Positions 31,060 to 43,261 of a DNA stretch of 64,000 nt are shown here, piece by piece (the first letter of the stretch is position 1; each line of letters begins with the position of its first letter). Source of the stretch: an uncultured virus (IMG/VR IMGVR_UViG_3300028591_000177) (Duplodnaviria > Heunggongvirae > Uroviricota > Caudoviricetes); IMG/VR virus record IMGVR_UViG_3300028591_000177. One strand, written 5' to 3'. Below the pieces are notes generated by a model. That model worked only from the letters and a program-made list of their open reading frames with translations, did no database searches and was not told the origin of the DNA. The translations under genes and the position numbers were made by a program.

Positions 31060-31452
31060 ATGCGTGAATATTTATTTCGAGGACAGTGGAATAAAAGTAG
31101 TAAGGAAAAAGAGTGGGTATATGGTTATTTAAAGTTACATATTTATAAAAATTCAGAAAATGTTACGGATAAAAGTGCTGTTATTTATTTTGAGGATAAC
31201 AGCAATATTAAGTATTATATCGTAAATCCTGAAACAGTTGGCGAATTTACTGGAATATATGATAGTAATGGAATTCGTATATTTGAAGGGGATATTTTAA
31301 AAGCTAAGAATGGACATATAGGTTGGGTAGAATTCAGAAAGGGTTGTTATGTGAAGGCTTGTAATTGTCATACAAGTGTTTCTGATATCTATAGTGATAA
31401 TAGTGAAGTTATTGGAAATATATTTGATAACCCAGAACTATTGGAGAAATGA
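31060..31452 (+). CDS. YopX-family protein
   Basis: MREYLFRG...WVYG...GEFTGIYDSNGIRIFEGDIL...EVIGNIFDNPELL. Confidence 0.85.
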   Translation: MREYLFRGQWNKSSKEKEWVYGYLKLHIYKNSENVTDKSAVIYFEDNSNIKYYIVNPETVGEFTGIYDSNGIRIFEGDILKAKNGHIGWVEFRKGCYVKACNCHTSVSDIYSDNSEVIGNIFDNPELLEK

Positions 31453-31871
31453 TTATGAGAGATTTTATGTGTCGGGCTAAAGTGGATTGGAATTATCCTT
31501 GGTACGATTGTACCCCTACTGCCACAAAAGAGGCGGACGAGTGGGTTTATGGGTATATTACACTACATTCGGATTGCCTACCTGTAGGCAAAGCTGTGTT
31601 GGAAGCATCTGACGAGGATTATAAAATTCGTGAGAACACTATATGTCAGAATGTTGGAATTGTAGATAATGGCGGAAATCTTTTGTACGAAGGAGACATC
31701 GTAACAAACCACGAAGATTTTACCGCCGTTATTTGTTATTCGGATTTTTGCTTTAATGCTATATGTAAAGATAATAACGTTTTGTTTTTAACTGATTTAG
31801 ATAATTTTGAAATTATTGGTAATATTTATGATAACCCAGAATGGTTAGGCGTTTTTGATTTGGAGGGTTAA
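31449..31871 (+). CDS. YopX-family protein
   Basis: WVYG...LYEGDIV...EIIGNIYDNPE. Confidence 0.8.
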   Translation: MIMRDFMCRAKVDWNYPWYDCTPTATKEADEWVYGYITLHSDCLPVGKAVLEASDEDYKIRENTICQNVGIVDNGGNLLYEGDIVTNHEDFTAVICYSDFCFNAICKDNNVLFLTDLDNFEIIGNIYDNPEWLGVFDLEG

Positions 31872-33128
31872 TTATGGGTCATGTTGGATATGTATTCACA
31901 GATGAACAACTCAAACTAAGAAAGTCATTAGAAGAATATTTATTTTTAAAACTTGTAGATAAATTTTCAGTGACAGCATTAGAGGACATTACTGAACATA
32001 TATTGACGGCACTAACAGAAAGTTACGAAAATGGAATGAGTTACGAACGATATTGTCAAACCCACCCACCTAAAGAAATAAAGTTAACAGATATACAGGA
32101 CCCAAATTACAGGTTAAAGTGGTTATGAAACTAAGTAAGCAACAATTACAAGATTTGTCTATAAAATATCCAAAGACACAGAAACCCGAATACATAGATG
32201 AATTTTATTTCAAACAATTAAAGTATCAAAATACGAATATTTCTATAAATGATGTTTATGATAATAGCGTTATAAAAAGTTTGTTTGAAAAATAAGGGGC
32301 TAAGGTATGTGGCATTTAAAATTACAATTAAAAGATGGTTTTGAATTTGATAAAAAGCATTGTGGTAGGTACCTAAAAGAAGTTTCTGATGATGGTGAGA
32401 AATTCTTATATTGGGAAGAGACTTTCGAAAACAAGTCAAGTTGTTTGGAATGGGTTAGATTTTTAAATAATTCCATTGTTTATTTACCGTACGAATGTTC
32501 CGTAAACCAGTATATCCTGGATGATTTAATTACAATTTTGGAAAAAGATAAAGTCATAGAAAGTATGATGGGTGATATTGACGACATAACAGAACCTGCC
32601 TATGATTTATGGAAAGACTGATATTTATATGAGACAAGTTGACTATGGATATAAGATGATTGAGGTGGAATGATGAGACGTGATAACTGGAAAGATTATG
32701 TACAGGGTGAATTAGCAAACATAGCATACAAACAGGATAAGTTACCTACAAAAGAAACTGCTGTGGTCTTTGCTTTTTTATGTTATCAGTTTTGTTTATG
32801 TTATGAAGAATTAGACAATCAGGTAATTTCTACAAAATGGATATCCAGTGACTTGGAAATGTCCAGATATAAGGTTCGTAAATGTACGGACGAATTAAAA
32901 CAATTGGGTCTTATAAAAAGAACCTCTGTAGGTTGCCCAGGCGGAGAAATTTATACAGAGGTTGGTATGGTAGATTGTTGGGACCCACACCCACCATTAA
33001 ATGGATTTGGTATAACAGAAAAAGCTACTACTACAAATACCTTTAAGGAAGCTTCTGAATATACACATAAAGCATTTCAAAATTGGTGTGAAGCTTTAAG
33101 AAATGATATAGGATGGGAGTTTTGATAT

Positions 33129-33602
33129 ATGCTATATCCAGCACAACTTTATAAAGAAGAATTAAAACAAAAATTGATTAGCTGTTGGTATAAACCCAAA
33201 TATAAGTTTTATTTCGGTGACGAGTATAACGAATTTGAAGTTCCAGCACATTCTAATGGCCGTCGAGATTTTGTACATTTAGATGAACAAGGTCATGTAG
33301 ACGGTTATTTTTCTTATTGGTACAATAAGGTAGCTAAATCATTAAATAATTTTGGATTAATATCTTTTACAAATAACGGATTTCCATTAATAAGAGATGC
33401 AGAAGCACACGTTGTGGGTCTTATAGATAATAACGAAGTTCGTAGACTTGAATTTTGGGCATTTGAAGATAACCCCGTAAATACCCTGTATAAAAGATTT
33501 ATGAAAAAGTACAACGGTAGAGTGGCTGGTTATTTGCACGAAACAGAATGGTTTGACGGAAAGTATCACAATACAATTATTTACGAAATAATTAAAAAAT
33601 AA
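33129..33602 (+). CDS. GNAT/RimJ-like acetyltransferase-fold protein
   Basis: RRLEFWAFEDNP...YKRF...G...DGKYHNTIIYEI. Confidence 0.6.
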   Translation: MLYPAQLYKEELKQKLISCWYKPKYKFYFGDEYNEFEVPAHSNGRRDFVHLDEQGHVDGYFSYWYNKVAKSLNNFGLISFTNNGFPLIRDAEAHVVGLIDNNEVRRLEFWAFEDNPVNTLYKRFMKKYNGRVAGYLHETEWFDGKYHNTIIYEIIKK

Positions 33603-33681
33603 AAATTTATTTGCATACTTGACTTTTTTACTAATGTGTTGTATAATAATTATAGTAGTAAAACGCGGGAGGGTTGTATAT

Positions 33682-34137
33682 ATGCTTATAACAACAGAAA
33701 ATACCTTAACAGAAGGATATAAAGAGGGTTTAGTTGCTATTTGGTGGTATACTGATGATGGTATATTTTGGGAATTTTCTAAGAATCTGGACGACGCCGA
33801 GGATGACCACGGATATTTACAATATTCACTTACCAAAAACCATATGAATTTATGGAAAGCAACATTAGAAAAATTTGTAACTGATGTACACGAAAGAGAT
33901 AGTATATATCACAAAGGTTATAAATCCGTGGAAAGAGGAAGAGTTATATTTAATTTAAGGACACAATGTTATGAGGTTATTTGCAGTAATAAACTTGTAA
34001 ACGATACAACCTTTAGAACTAATTGTATTAAACAATTTAATCTAACTGGAAATAGAGTAGATTTTGTAGCCTTACCGCATTATGCTAAAATTGAATTGAC
34101 CGGAAATCCTGCTGTAGATAATTTATATTATGATTGA
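33682..34137 (+). CDS. Hypothetical protein (paralogue-like to 56021-56425)
   Basis: EGLVAIWW...H..LW...ERGRVIFN; the ORF-track start lies inside promoter 33619. Confidence 0.6.
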   Translation: MLITTENTLTEGYKEGLVAIWWYTDDGIFWEFSKNLDDAEDDHGYLQYSLTKNHMNLWKATLEKFVTDVHERDSIYHKGYKSVERGRVIFNLRTQCYEVICSNKLVNDTTFRTNCIKQFNLTGNRVDFVALPHYAKIELTGNPAVDNLYYD

Positions 34138-34243
34138 GATTTAGAAAATATTTCGTATATAACGGAATATTTTCTACACAGACGATGGCAATGCCACAGA
34201 AATAAAGAGAACTACGCTGATAAAATATTAAGGAGGTATATAT

Positions 34244-36287
34244 ATGAAAATAATTTTTCCTGTACTGTATTATGCGGACCCGTTTGAGGCGCCGGACTGT
34301 CTTGCAGCATTTACCACAAAGGAGGCTGCTAACGCCTTTGCTAAAAAGTTTGTAGATATGCGAAAGAGCATTTGTAAATGGAATGATGACGAAGATAGGG
34401 TTGTAGTAGACGCCATAATACTTGACCCAGCAGATTTAGCAGAGGCTAAACTTGTTTAAGTCTAACTGGCAATTAGGAGGCAATTAATGACAGACATTAT
34501 CATATGCAAAACAACCATGAAGGAACGAGCTTTACTGGAGTATCACAACATTCATTTTACTATACTTGAAAATACTAATTTCCCACTAAAAGACATTAAG
34601 GTTTGTAGTCCACAATCAGTTAATAATATAATGAGTATACTCGAAAGACCACGTAAAATAACACACGAAAATATAGCAGTTTTAATGGATGAAACAAATG
34701 AAGAGTTTGTTACTATGTAGGAGATAACTATGGAAGATAATACAGTTGAATTTTTAGAGTATCTATTTACACAACTTACAGGTTCTATATTTACATCTGA
34801 TAGTGAATTATGGACAAAGAAGTATGCCAGCCAGTGTGAACAATTACTTAAAAATATTTCTAATGAAATTTGTGTCCTTCGAAAAATTTATAGTCATGTG
34901 ACAGTGAGGGATATTGAAAAGATTATCTTTACAGAAGTGATAGATATAACTGTAGACATCAATACTGCCAATATGGAAGCTGTTGCTATTAAATATATGG
35001 AATTGTTTATGGGATATACGCACTATACAAATAATGATTTTTCAAACAACTTTAAGGGGGTTCTTTATGAATTCTATGAATAAGCAAGATAAGATTTTTA
35101 ATTCAGTTGGTTTTACTTCTGAATTCACTATAAAGAAAGCTAAAGATTGCCTTGAGACAGAAATAAAAGAATATAATCATCACAGCCAGATGTGTAAACT
35201 GGCACAAAAAAATCTCACAGAAATAATTTGTCGAGAAGTTCATTATATATGGGCGGACTATATAATTCCTGCACAACGTTATTTATGTACCAACTGTGAA
35301 CCCGACAAAGATTCCGAAATGGCCTTTACACAGCTTATAAATGTATTATCGACAGCTTTTGACCATAGTGTAAAAATTTTTGAAATACATTCGGAGGGTC
35401 TTAGAGAACATGGTTGGAGAATCACATTTACACTTGGTGATTTTGTATTTGCCCTTTATGTACCCAATCTGGATGTAGATAAGAATTTCGAACATAATGG
35501 TCAGTTAGCAATTTATCTGTTTACAGATGAAAATGAGTTAGCAGGTCCTGTATGTGATTATGATATACTAAAAATCGGACAGGCTATTAATACTACAATA
35601 AAGGATAATCCGGAGCACTGGTCATATTCCGATTATGTTAAATATATAAATGACGACAATGAAGATTGTGATAGTGAGGACGGAGATTAATCTATGTACG
35701 AAAGTCGGTTAGTGACAAAAACTATTTATAAGTGGAATTGTTCAGAGTCACTTATTATGGAAAAGAACTTTGAAATTATTCAAAAAATGAATAAGGAAAT
35801 AGAAGTGCTTAGGTTGCAAACAGAAAACGATTTAAAGTACGAATTAGAGCTTGTATTTGCCGGAGCCAATGTTGGTAAACGGATGAAACAACGTAATGAG
35901 GATATTGATAAGTGGAAGGATTGTATATATCAAGTAAATACAATTACTAATCTTTTAATAGGTTATGTGGAGAAAGGTTCTTCAAACTTTACTATCACAT
36001 TCAGTTATCCATCTAACCGTAATTATTTAAGAAGGTTGACATCTTATTATAGTCCCAAGACCGACATCACATACGAACCGGTATCTCCTGTAGAATTGCT
36101 GGAAGAATTTCTAAATTTTGTGAATTGTTATTATGATTATATTTGCAACGATGTTCCAAATACTTGGAATATAAGGCCACAAACTATAAAAGAAACTGTA
36201 CAGGAATGGACAAGACCATCCGCTACTGAACTATTTAAGGATTACTATAGGAGGAATGATTATGAAACTACACATCGAGAAACGTGA
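34244..36287 (+). CDS. Run of hypothetical genes (34244, 34487, 34730, ~35067, 35694)
   Basis: ORF track, RBS. Confidence 0.55.
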
Positions 36288-36696
36288 TTTATTTACCGTG
36301 CCTGAAGATTATACCCTTTGCCATTGCATATCAGCAGACTTTGCTCTTGGTGCTGGAATTGCTAAGAAGTTTGCCGAACTGGGGGTTAGAAACAGTCTTA
36401 TGAATTTTTATGCACTTTACAAATGGGATGGAAAAGGAGACTGTTTATTCACACCTGTAACGAAATGGGGTGTGTTGAATCTTGTTACCAAGGAAAAGTT
36501 CTGGCACAAGCCAACATTACTTACTCTTAGACAGTCTCTTAACTCTCTAAAAGAACATCTTATGGACGTAGATAAAATTGCGATGCCAAAGATAGGTTGT
36601 GGTTTAGACAAACTTAAATGGAATGACGTAGAACAAATTATTAAAGAAGTTTTTGCCGACACAGACGTAGAAATCCTTGTATGTGATTGGAGTTGA
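36262..36696 (+). CDS. Macrodomain protein, TARG1/Poa1p/DarG-like
   Basis: DLF...HCISADFALGAGIAKKF...NLVTKE...IAMPKIGCGLDKLKW. Confidence 0.85.
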   Translation: MKLHIEKRDLFTVPEDYTLCHCISADFALGAGIAKKFAELGVRNSLMNFYALYKWDGKGDCLFTPVTKWGVLNLVTKEKFWHKPTLLTLRQSLNSLKEHLMDVDKIAMPKIGCGLDKLKWNDVEQIIKEVFADTDVEILVCDWS

Positions 36697-37516
36697 TTAT
36701 ATGTCAGATAAAATGGTAACAAAGAAAACTTGGAAAGAATTTAGAGAATCCGGATTACTTTGGTTTGTAAATACGATTTTACATACTTTTGGATGGGCAA
36801 TCTGTGTGGATGTGGATAGTGATGGTGTAATTATAGACGCTTATCCGGCCAGAGTTAAATTTAGAGGTTTTGATGAAAAATCGAATACTAAAGGATATAT
36901 CAATGTTTCAAAATATTTGCTGGAGAATATTGAAGAACTGACCAAAGAAGCCGAGGAATGATATGAAATATAGGAATAAATATTTTGAAAAAATTGGGTA
37001 CAATAAACCATTCAGTGCTGACGTTCTATGTAAATATCGAAAGGATAAAACTGATGATAGGTACAAACTATTTAAAAAACAGCGTGCTAAATATGGTCGT
37101 TGGGATGAAACTTGTACTTGGGCATTAAATACATTTATTGCTGAATCGTTATATACTTGGTTAAATTTGTATGTTGAATCCGCTGCTAAACCAACGCATA
37201 CTTTTTGTATAGACTTAGATTTTTACAATTTTGAAATAGAGTTTGATGGCACGGGTACAATAAAAACAGAACGTGAATGGATTATGGAGGCGTTATCGCT
37301 TATAAAAGAATATTTAATTACCGTAGATAGTTTTGACCCACCGGCAGAAGAATTTGGACATAAATGTATGGAAAGAGCATTAATAATTATCGGAAAGATA
37401 TTTCCAACATTGTGGTGGTGATGTTAAAATATAAAAATAAAACAGCACCTATTGACTTTTGTAATTTTGTGTTGTATAATATTGTCATACAATAATTTGT
37501 AAGGAGGAAATTAGTT

Positions 37517-38347
37517 ATGTCAAAATTTAAAGTAGGAGACCTTATTATAGGTAATGAAAGAGCCGATGGTAATTATGCACTTACCAAAACGGGTGTAATT
37601 TGTACCGTTGTAACTCCATTTTCTGAAGGTGAAGATATGGAAGTACGAATAGTAGAAGCACCTTTTGATATATCCGACGAAGATATGGACAAAACATATT
37701 TTGTTGGTCCTGAATATTTTGATAAATATACAGGTCCTATTCACATAAACGACGAACAAGGTGTTACAAGCAAACCCAATAACTCGGAGGTTAAAGAGAA
37801 TATGAAAAAGACTATTGACAAACCGTCAACTATTAAGTTTGACATAAAAGAAGGTAAGCGTTATAAATCCTTTGGTAAACATTCTGGAGCTACTATCGAA
37901 ACTGTTACAACTACCATAACACTAAACGGTAAGACAGCATCCGCTACCTGTGATAAAGATAACTACAGTGAGAGACAGGGTATTCTTGAAGCTCTTGGCA
38001 ATATGTTCTATGGTAACTTTGATAGAGAATACGAAAAGTATGTACATCAGAGAGATATGGCATTTAAAGAAACGTGTAAGTGTGCTATTTGCGGAGAGTT
38101 GTATACAAATCCTGAGGACGCAAGACTGTGTGAGGAAGAACATAAGGAAAAACGTGCTAAGAAATTTAATGATTATCTCCTTCGTAAGGAAGCCATTAAA
38201 CGTATTAAGGAAGCAGAACACGAGAAGAAGATTGAAGCACTTATGGCAGAAATTTATGACAAACGAAATAAGGATAACCAGACTAAAGATAAGCCGGATA
38301 AGCCTAAGACCAAAGGTAAGAAAACGGTTAAGAAGACAAAGAATTGA
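37517..38347 (+). CDS. Hypothetical protein (KFKVGD N-terminus, basic C-terminus)
   Basis: Own promoter at 37452, AGGAGG RBS. Confidence 0.65.
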   Translation: MSKFKVGDLIIGNERADGNYALTKTGVICTVVTPFSEGEDMEVRIVEAPFDISDEDMDKTYFVGPEYFDKYTGPIHINDEQGVTSKPNNSEVKENMKKTIDKPSTIKFDIKEGKRYKSFGKHSGATIETVTTTITLNGKTASATCDKDNYSERQGILEALGNMFYGNFDREYEKYVHQRDMAFKETCKCAICGELYTNPEDARLCEEEHKEKRAKKFNDYLLRKEAIKRIKEAEHEKKIEALMAEIYDKRNKDNQTKDKPDKPKTKGKKTVKKTKN

Positions 38348-38353
38348 CGGATA

Positions 38354-38614
38354 ATGACACACAGAGTTCATGAGTTAAAAATCCTTCCAGAATACTTCAC
38401 AGCTATTTTGGAAGGATTTAAAACCTTTGAAATACGTTCAAATGATAGAGATTACAGGGTCGGCGATATTCTACATCTAAAAGAGTATGATGCCTCTCAA
38501 ACTTTGACATATACTGGTCGTGATTTATATGCCGCTGTTACATATATTTTATCCGATTATGCTTATGTTAAAGAAGGATATATCGTAATGTCTATAAAAC
38601 TAACAGAATTATGA
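38354..38614 (+). CDS. DUF3850 / ASCH-fold protein
   Basis: HELKILPEYF..ILEGFKTFEIRSNDRDYRVGDILHLKE...YTGR. Confidence 0.85.
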   Translation: MTHRVHELKILPEYFTAILEGFKTFEIRSNDRDYRVGDILHLKEYDASQTLTYTGRDLYAAVTYILSDYAYVKEGYIVMSIKLTEL

Positions 38615-39458
38615 TTGATATCTTTTATCTTATTTTATTCGCTTCTATATTATTGTTAATTATTGCAATGGGATTATTGATACGTGCCGTTATTCTATAT
38701 ATACGCGAAAAACGAAATATGCCTAAAAATGGGACAATTGTAAACAAAACAATTCGTGCTCCTTATATCGATTTTATGGACAGGTCCTCTATAATTCCGA
38801 AATACCTAATAACAGTTGCAGTAATTAAAGAAGACATTGTACTAAATTATACATTTGAAGTTGACAGACAAACTTATGAATCGTATAATATAGGTGATGT
38901 TTATAGGGAGGTTTCTTAAAATGCCTAATAACGGTTTTGTTCGTCGGCAAATACGACGTGGAAAACGTCCTAAGCATAAAGTTACTAAGTTCGAATCATA
39001 TATAATTGCTACATATATCTTTTTGATAGGTGCCTTAGGTATAGCGTCTATTGGTACTGGAATAGCATTAATTGTGCGGGGTGTTTTAGTGTGATTACAG
39101 ATAATAATATGCCGTGCATAGGTGTTGAGATGATGGCTCCTGAATTTATGATAACGGATTTGGATTTATACGAGTATGTAGTTACTTCCGAACGTGACCC
39201 TTCCTGGAAATTACGAAGATACTATATGCAATTTCCTAATGTACATATAGCAATTCAGGAGTTAGAAAAATTTCAGAAACTGCTAAGACAAGGTAGCATC
39301 TATTCCGTTGATTTACATAACAATGTTTTAGCGGATATGTTGGATGTTACAATTAGCAGACTTATAAATGAGCGTAAGTTTTATGAATGTGCAACATCCG
39401 AAAAAATTCCGGTGAAAATATATGTGTGATAAGAAATTGACAATAGGAGGGATAACTA

Positions 39459-39863
39459 ATGCCGGATAAGATAACGCTTTGCCGTGCTAAAGAATTAAAT
39501 TCTAATGAATGGATTTATGGATATTATTGCAAGATAGGTCCTGTGGATAATCAGTGTGACTACATAATACCTGATTATGCTTCGGCTTTATATGCTATAC
39601 CAATAAAATCTGAGACTTTAGGAAGATTTACCGGTAAGTACGATTCAAATAATCAAATGATATTTGAAGGAGATATTATTTATAATTATACTGATTATAA
39701 TGATTATCGTTCAACTGTAGAGTGGGACAATAACTCTTTTGGATTCGTTATACAGGATGACGAAGATAAATTATGGTTATATGACGTTGTGGAATGTGTG
39801 GTTGTAGGTAATATCTACGACACCACTTATGATATTAAGATTGATGACGATGACGAGGTATAA
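39459..39863 (+). CDS. YopX-family protein
   Basis: CRAK...WIYG...FTGKYDSNNQMIFEGDII...VVGNIYD. Confidence 0.85.
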   Translation: MPDKITLCRAKELNSNEWIYGYYCKIGPVDNQCDYIIPDYASALYAIPIKSETLGRFTGKYDSNNQMIFEGDIIYNYTDYNDYRSTVEWDNNSFGFVIQDDEDKLWLYDVVECVVVGNIYDTTYDIKIDDDDEV

Positions 39864-40024
39864 TATATATGGATTATGAATGCTGTTACAATTGTCAATT
39901 ATGTGATAAAACTTGTGGTTATTGCTGTATGATACGAGCCATAAATATTGACGACCCATATTCGGATTGGTGTGAATCCTATACACCTGCGAACGATACA
40001 GATGCTGTAAGGAGTGGTGAGTAG

Positions 40025-40597
40025 TTGGCTAATAATATTTTTGAATATAAGGGATACAGGGCTTCCATAGAATTTAGCGCAGAGGACAGCACTTTATATG
40101 GAAAAGTGCTAGATATTGACGATAAAATTTTATTTGAGATTGAGAATCCCAATTTAGCCTTCGAAGTGTTTAAAGCTACTATAGATGAGTATCTTGAAAG
40201 TCGTAAGATGACACTTGACGATGCTATAAAACATTGTTTAGAAGTTGCTAAAGAACAAGAAGAAAAAGCTAAACATTGTCAAAGAATGGATTACTACGAT
40301 GAAGTAGACGACCCTTCAGATTGCCGGCAATGTGCAAAAGACCATATGCAATTAGCGGAATGGTTGATAGAATTGCAAGAACTAAGGAAACTAAAGGAAC
40401 CTGTTTGTAAATATCCTCATTATGATATTTATAGGTTTACTACAGATACCGATGAATATTATTTAGTTTTTGAAAACTGTAACGAACATAGCTTTATGGG
40501 TATGTACGCGTCGTTAGAAGATGCCAAACGACTTCCAGAACATATGGAAACGCCTTGGGATGCCAGTTTTAAGGACAAATTTAAGAACGTTCTTTGA
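40025..40597 (+). CDS. HicB-like N-terminal domain fused to phage hypothetical domains
   Basis: FEYKGYRASIEFSAEDSTLYGKVLDIDDKILFE...FKATIDEYLE, then MTLDDAIKHC...HMQLAEWL.EL. Confidence 0.6.
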   Translation: MANNIFEYKGYRASIEFSAEDSTLYGKVLDIDDKILFEIENPNLAFEVFKATIDEYLESRKMTLDDAIKHCLEVAKEQEEKAKHCQRMDYYDEVDDPSDCRQCAKDHMQLAEWLIELQELRKLKEPVCKYPHYDIYRFTTDTDEYYLVFENCNEHSFMGMYASLEDAKRLPEHMETPWDASFKDKFKNVL

Positions 40598-40609
40598 AAT
40601 CTGTTTATA

Positions 40610-40640
40610 CCTGCCTCAAATTTGAGGCAGTTTTTTTTTT
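40610..40640 (+). terminator. Rho-independent terminator
   Basis: CTGCCTCA/TGAGGCAG plus poly-T. Confidence 0.85.
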
Positions 40641-40749
40641 GTTAAAAAATAAAAATATGCATATAAACACTTGACTTTTTACATGATATGTTGTATAATA
40701 TTATTGTAAAGAAAACAAATAACATTTACGATGTGTGGAGGTATAATTT

Positions 40750-41223
40750 ATGGGACAGTATAGCAGATATAATGCACAGGAAGTTCTTAATCGTGTGGAA
40801 GCGCGTATAGCAGAAAATCGCACATTTCGTATGGATGAAGTATTTAGGGAACTTAGCATTTTTGACTGGTGGCCGGATAAGCTTTCTAAGGGCCGACTTA
40901 ATGAAATGAGGCAGTTCCTTAAAGAAGCTATTAAGCTTGGATATACAGGTTATGTATGCTTTAAGGTAGGTGCTACAGGTTGTGCTAACGGTATGTGGGC
41001 GGCTGTTAATGAATTCGAGGATGCTAAGGGACCTACACTTTATAGAAGCTTTACACCGGCTTACGTTTATTGGGATGTAACTGATAAAGACGGCAATTGG
41101 GATTGGGAAGGTAAATACTTTGATGAAGCTGACAGAAGAGACAATTACGACAGACTTCATACAACTAAGCAGCTTGAACAGTTTATGGAAGTGCAGAAGG
41201 ACCATGTTTACATAAATAAATAA
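40750..41223 (+). CDS. Hypothetical protein
   Basis: Own promoter 40671, GGAGG RBS. Confidence 0.7.
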   Translation: MGQYSRYNAQEVLNRVEARIAENRTFRMDEVFRELSIFDWWPDKLSKGRLNEMRQFLKEAIKLGYTGYVCFKVGATGCANGMWAAVNEFEDAKGPTLYRSFTPAYVYWDVTDKDGNWDWEGKYFDEADRRDNYDRLHTTKQLEQFMEVQKDHVYINK

Positions 41224-41343
41224 TTCATTAAAGAGGGTTTAAGTACGGCAACTAAGAAGAAGTACACCGTAATATGCCACCACAGAGGTAGAGTTACGGA
41301 ATATACAGGTACTTTAGAACATCTTATGTAGGAGGTATTTAAT

Positions 41344-41568
41344 ATGTATTTTGTTAAGATTGGTTCCTTGATAATTAATTGTGATACTATTGAATCAGTT
41401 GGTATTGAGGAAGGTATAAACTCTGCCAATAGTTATGAATATAAAATTGTTGTAAAGACATCCAGCACAACTTATTATCCCAAAACATTTAAGACTAAGC
41501 GTGATGCTGAAGAAGAAATAGATTGGACTTATAATAAACTTAAAAATATTGCAAATAAGGAAGATTAA
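41344..41568 (+). CDS. Small hypothetical protein, paralogue of 15869-16108
   Basis: F[I/V]KIG...VKT...TYYP...DAE shared. Confidence 0.7.
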   Translation: MYFVKIGSLIINCDTIESVGIEEGINSANSYEYKIVVKTSSTTYYPKTFKTKRDAEEEIDWTYNKLKNIANKED

Positions 41569-41754
41569 TAATGCTGTACACAATACTATGAGTAGTTGTT
41601 ATGACCCAGATTGGTACGAACTTAAAGAGTAACCGTATAATTAAAAATAAAAATCGTTCTACATCAGAACGGTTTTTATTTTTAATTAATTGCAAAAACA
41701 CTTGACTTTTATAATTTTATGTTGTATAATATTAGTAATAAGGAGAGTGTGATT

Positions 41755-42387
41755 ATGTCTTATCTAGAAACACTATATAATAAAATGACAGAAGATTTAA
41801 ACATCGAAGAATTACCTACTGTTGATAGGAAGAACGATGAATACGGAGATGCCTTAGCTCGTATGGATAATACCTTATGGGTACATTGTAATCGTGCTCA
41901 CAAAGTTGACGGCGTTGCCTACATATCCGAGGTGGAATTAAGCAGGAACATAATACAAATCTACTATAATTATTGGGTACGTTGGGCACAGGTTCCAGTT
42001 ACATTGAAGGACGTTAATGCTGTAACAGCCTGGAGTCATAAATGTACATCTTCAGGATTAGTAATACCGATAGAAATTACAGCAAACGACGATGAGTATA
42101 ACCCACACATCACTATAAACATATACGATAAGAATTGTACAGCTACTTGTCAGTTATGTGCCAAAGATGAAAGTTTATACTATATCGACGGAAAGAATGA
42201 GGAACACTCCTACCGTAATTGGTTATATATGGAAGATTTAATTAGTTACGACGGCGATATATCTAATATGAAAAATGAAGCCTTACGAGACTTAATTAAA
42301 TATATAGGACATGCTGTTAAACATTTGTATTATAATATTATTGGAGAAGGTTCTGAGTATAATGATTATGACGATGATATACATTAG
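41755..42387 (+). CDS. Hypothetical protein
   Basis: AAGGAG RBS after promoter 41702. Confidence 0.65.
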   Translation: MSYLETLYNKMTEDLNIEELPTVDRKNDEYGDALARMDNTLWVHCNRAHKVDGVAYISEVELSRNIIQIYYNYWVRWAQVPVTLKDVNAVTAWSHKCTSSGLVIPIEITANDDEYNPHITINIYDKNCTATCQLCAKDESLYYIDGKNEEHSYRNWLYMEDLISYDGDISNMKNEALRDLIKYIGHAVKHLYYNIIGEGSEYNDYDDDIH

Positions 42388-42740
42388 TTAAAATTTAATA
42401 ATTAATTAATTTTCACTTGACTTCTTACAATTATGTTGTATAATATAATTGTAAGGAATTATATGTAGTTCCGGAAAACATTGAAGGTTGTGTGGTGACG
42501 ATGGACTATATAAAAAAGGAAGATATAGTATCTTCTTTAGTGGAATTAATGAATACTCCTGTAGATGAATTTGTAGCAACTAAAAAGCTGAACAAGTTAA
42601 CTGCAATTCAAATTATTCCATGTGAACAGTGTCGATTTCATATGGACTGTCACATAGAAAAATTATTACCGAATACAGGAAAGCAGAAATTTTGCAGTTA
42701 TGGAAAATCAATTTTTTGACAATGAAAGGAAATTAATATT

Positions 42741-42986
42741 ATGAGAAACACATTGGACCCCGAAATTCAGAACAGAATAATAAGCAATATTAAGTATATG
42801 TTGGAACGTGATGGAATGTCACAATCCGCACTTGCTATTGAAATTGATAGGAACGTTAGTCATTTAAATTCTATTCTAAACGGCAGAGTAAATCCTACAA
42901 TTGAGGTGCTTATTAACGTAGCAAAATTCTACAAGATTACACTGGATGAGTTACTGTTTACAGATATGGCGGCAGAAAAGAAGTAA
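42741..42986 (+). CDS. XRE/Cro-C1 family HTH transcription regulator
   Basis: GMSQSALA...SHLNSILNGRVNPTIEVLINVAKFYKITLDELL. Confidence 0.9.
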   Translation: MRNTLDPEIQNRIISNIKYMLERDGMSQSALAIEIDRNVSHLNSILNGRVNPTIEVLINVAKFYKITLDELLFTDMAAEKK

Positions 42987-43261
42987 GGTGACCTGTGGAT
43001 GAAATTAGATGAGGGACGTATTCTCGAAGCTACGTTGAAGGAGCTTAGAGAGTTGTACATTGGTGATGAATACTATAAATTGATGTCTTTTGACCAGTTT
43101 GTGGATAAGTGTGTACAAGGTGGTACAACCATAGTTAAATAATAAAAATATATAAAGACTCCAATTTTTCTATTGACTTTTTGTATTTAGTATTGTATAA
43201 TATTAATATACAAAAAACATATAGAGTTATTGGAGTTTTTAATTTTATATGGAGGTAGAAT

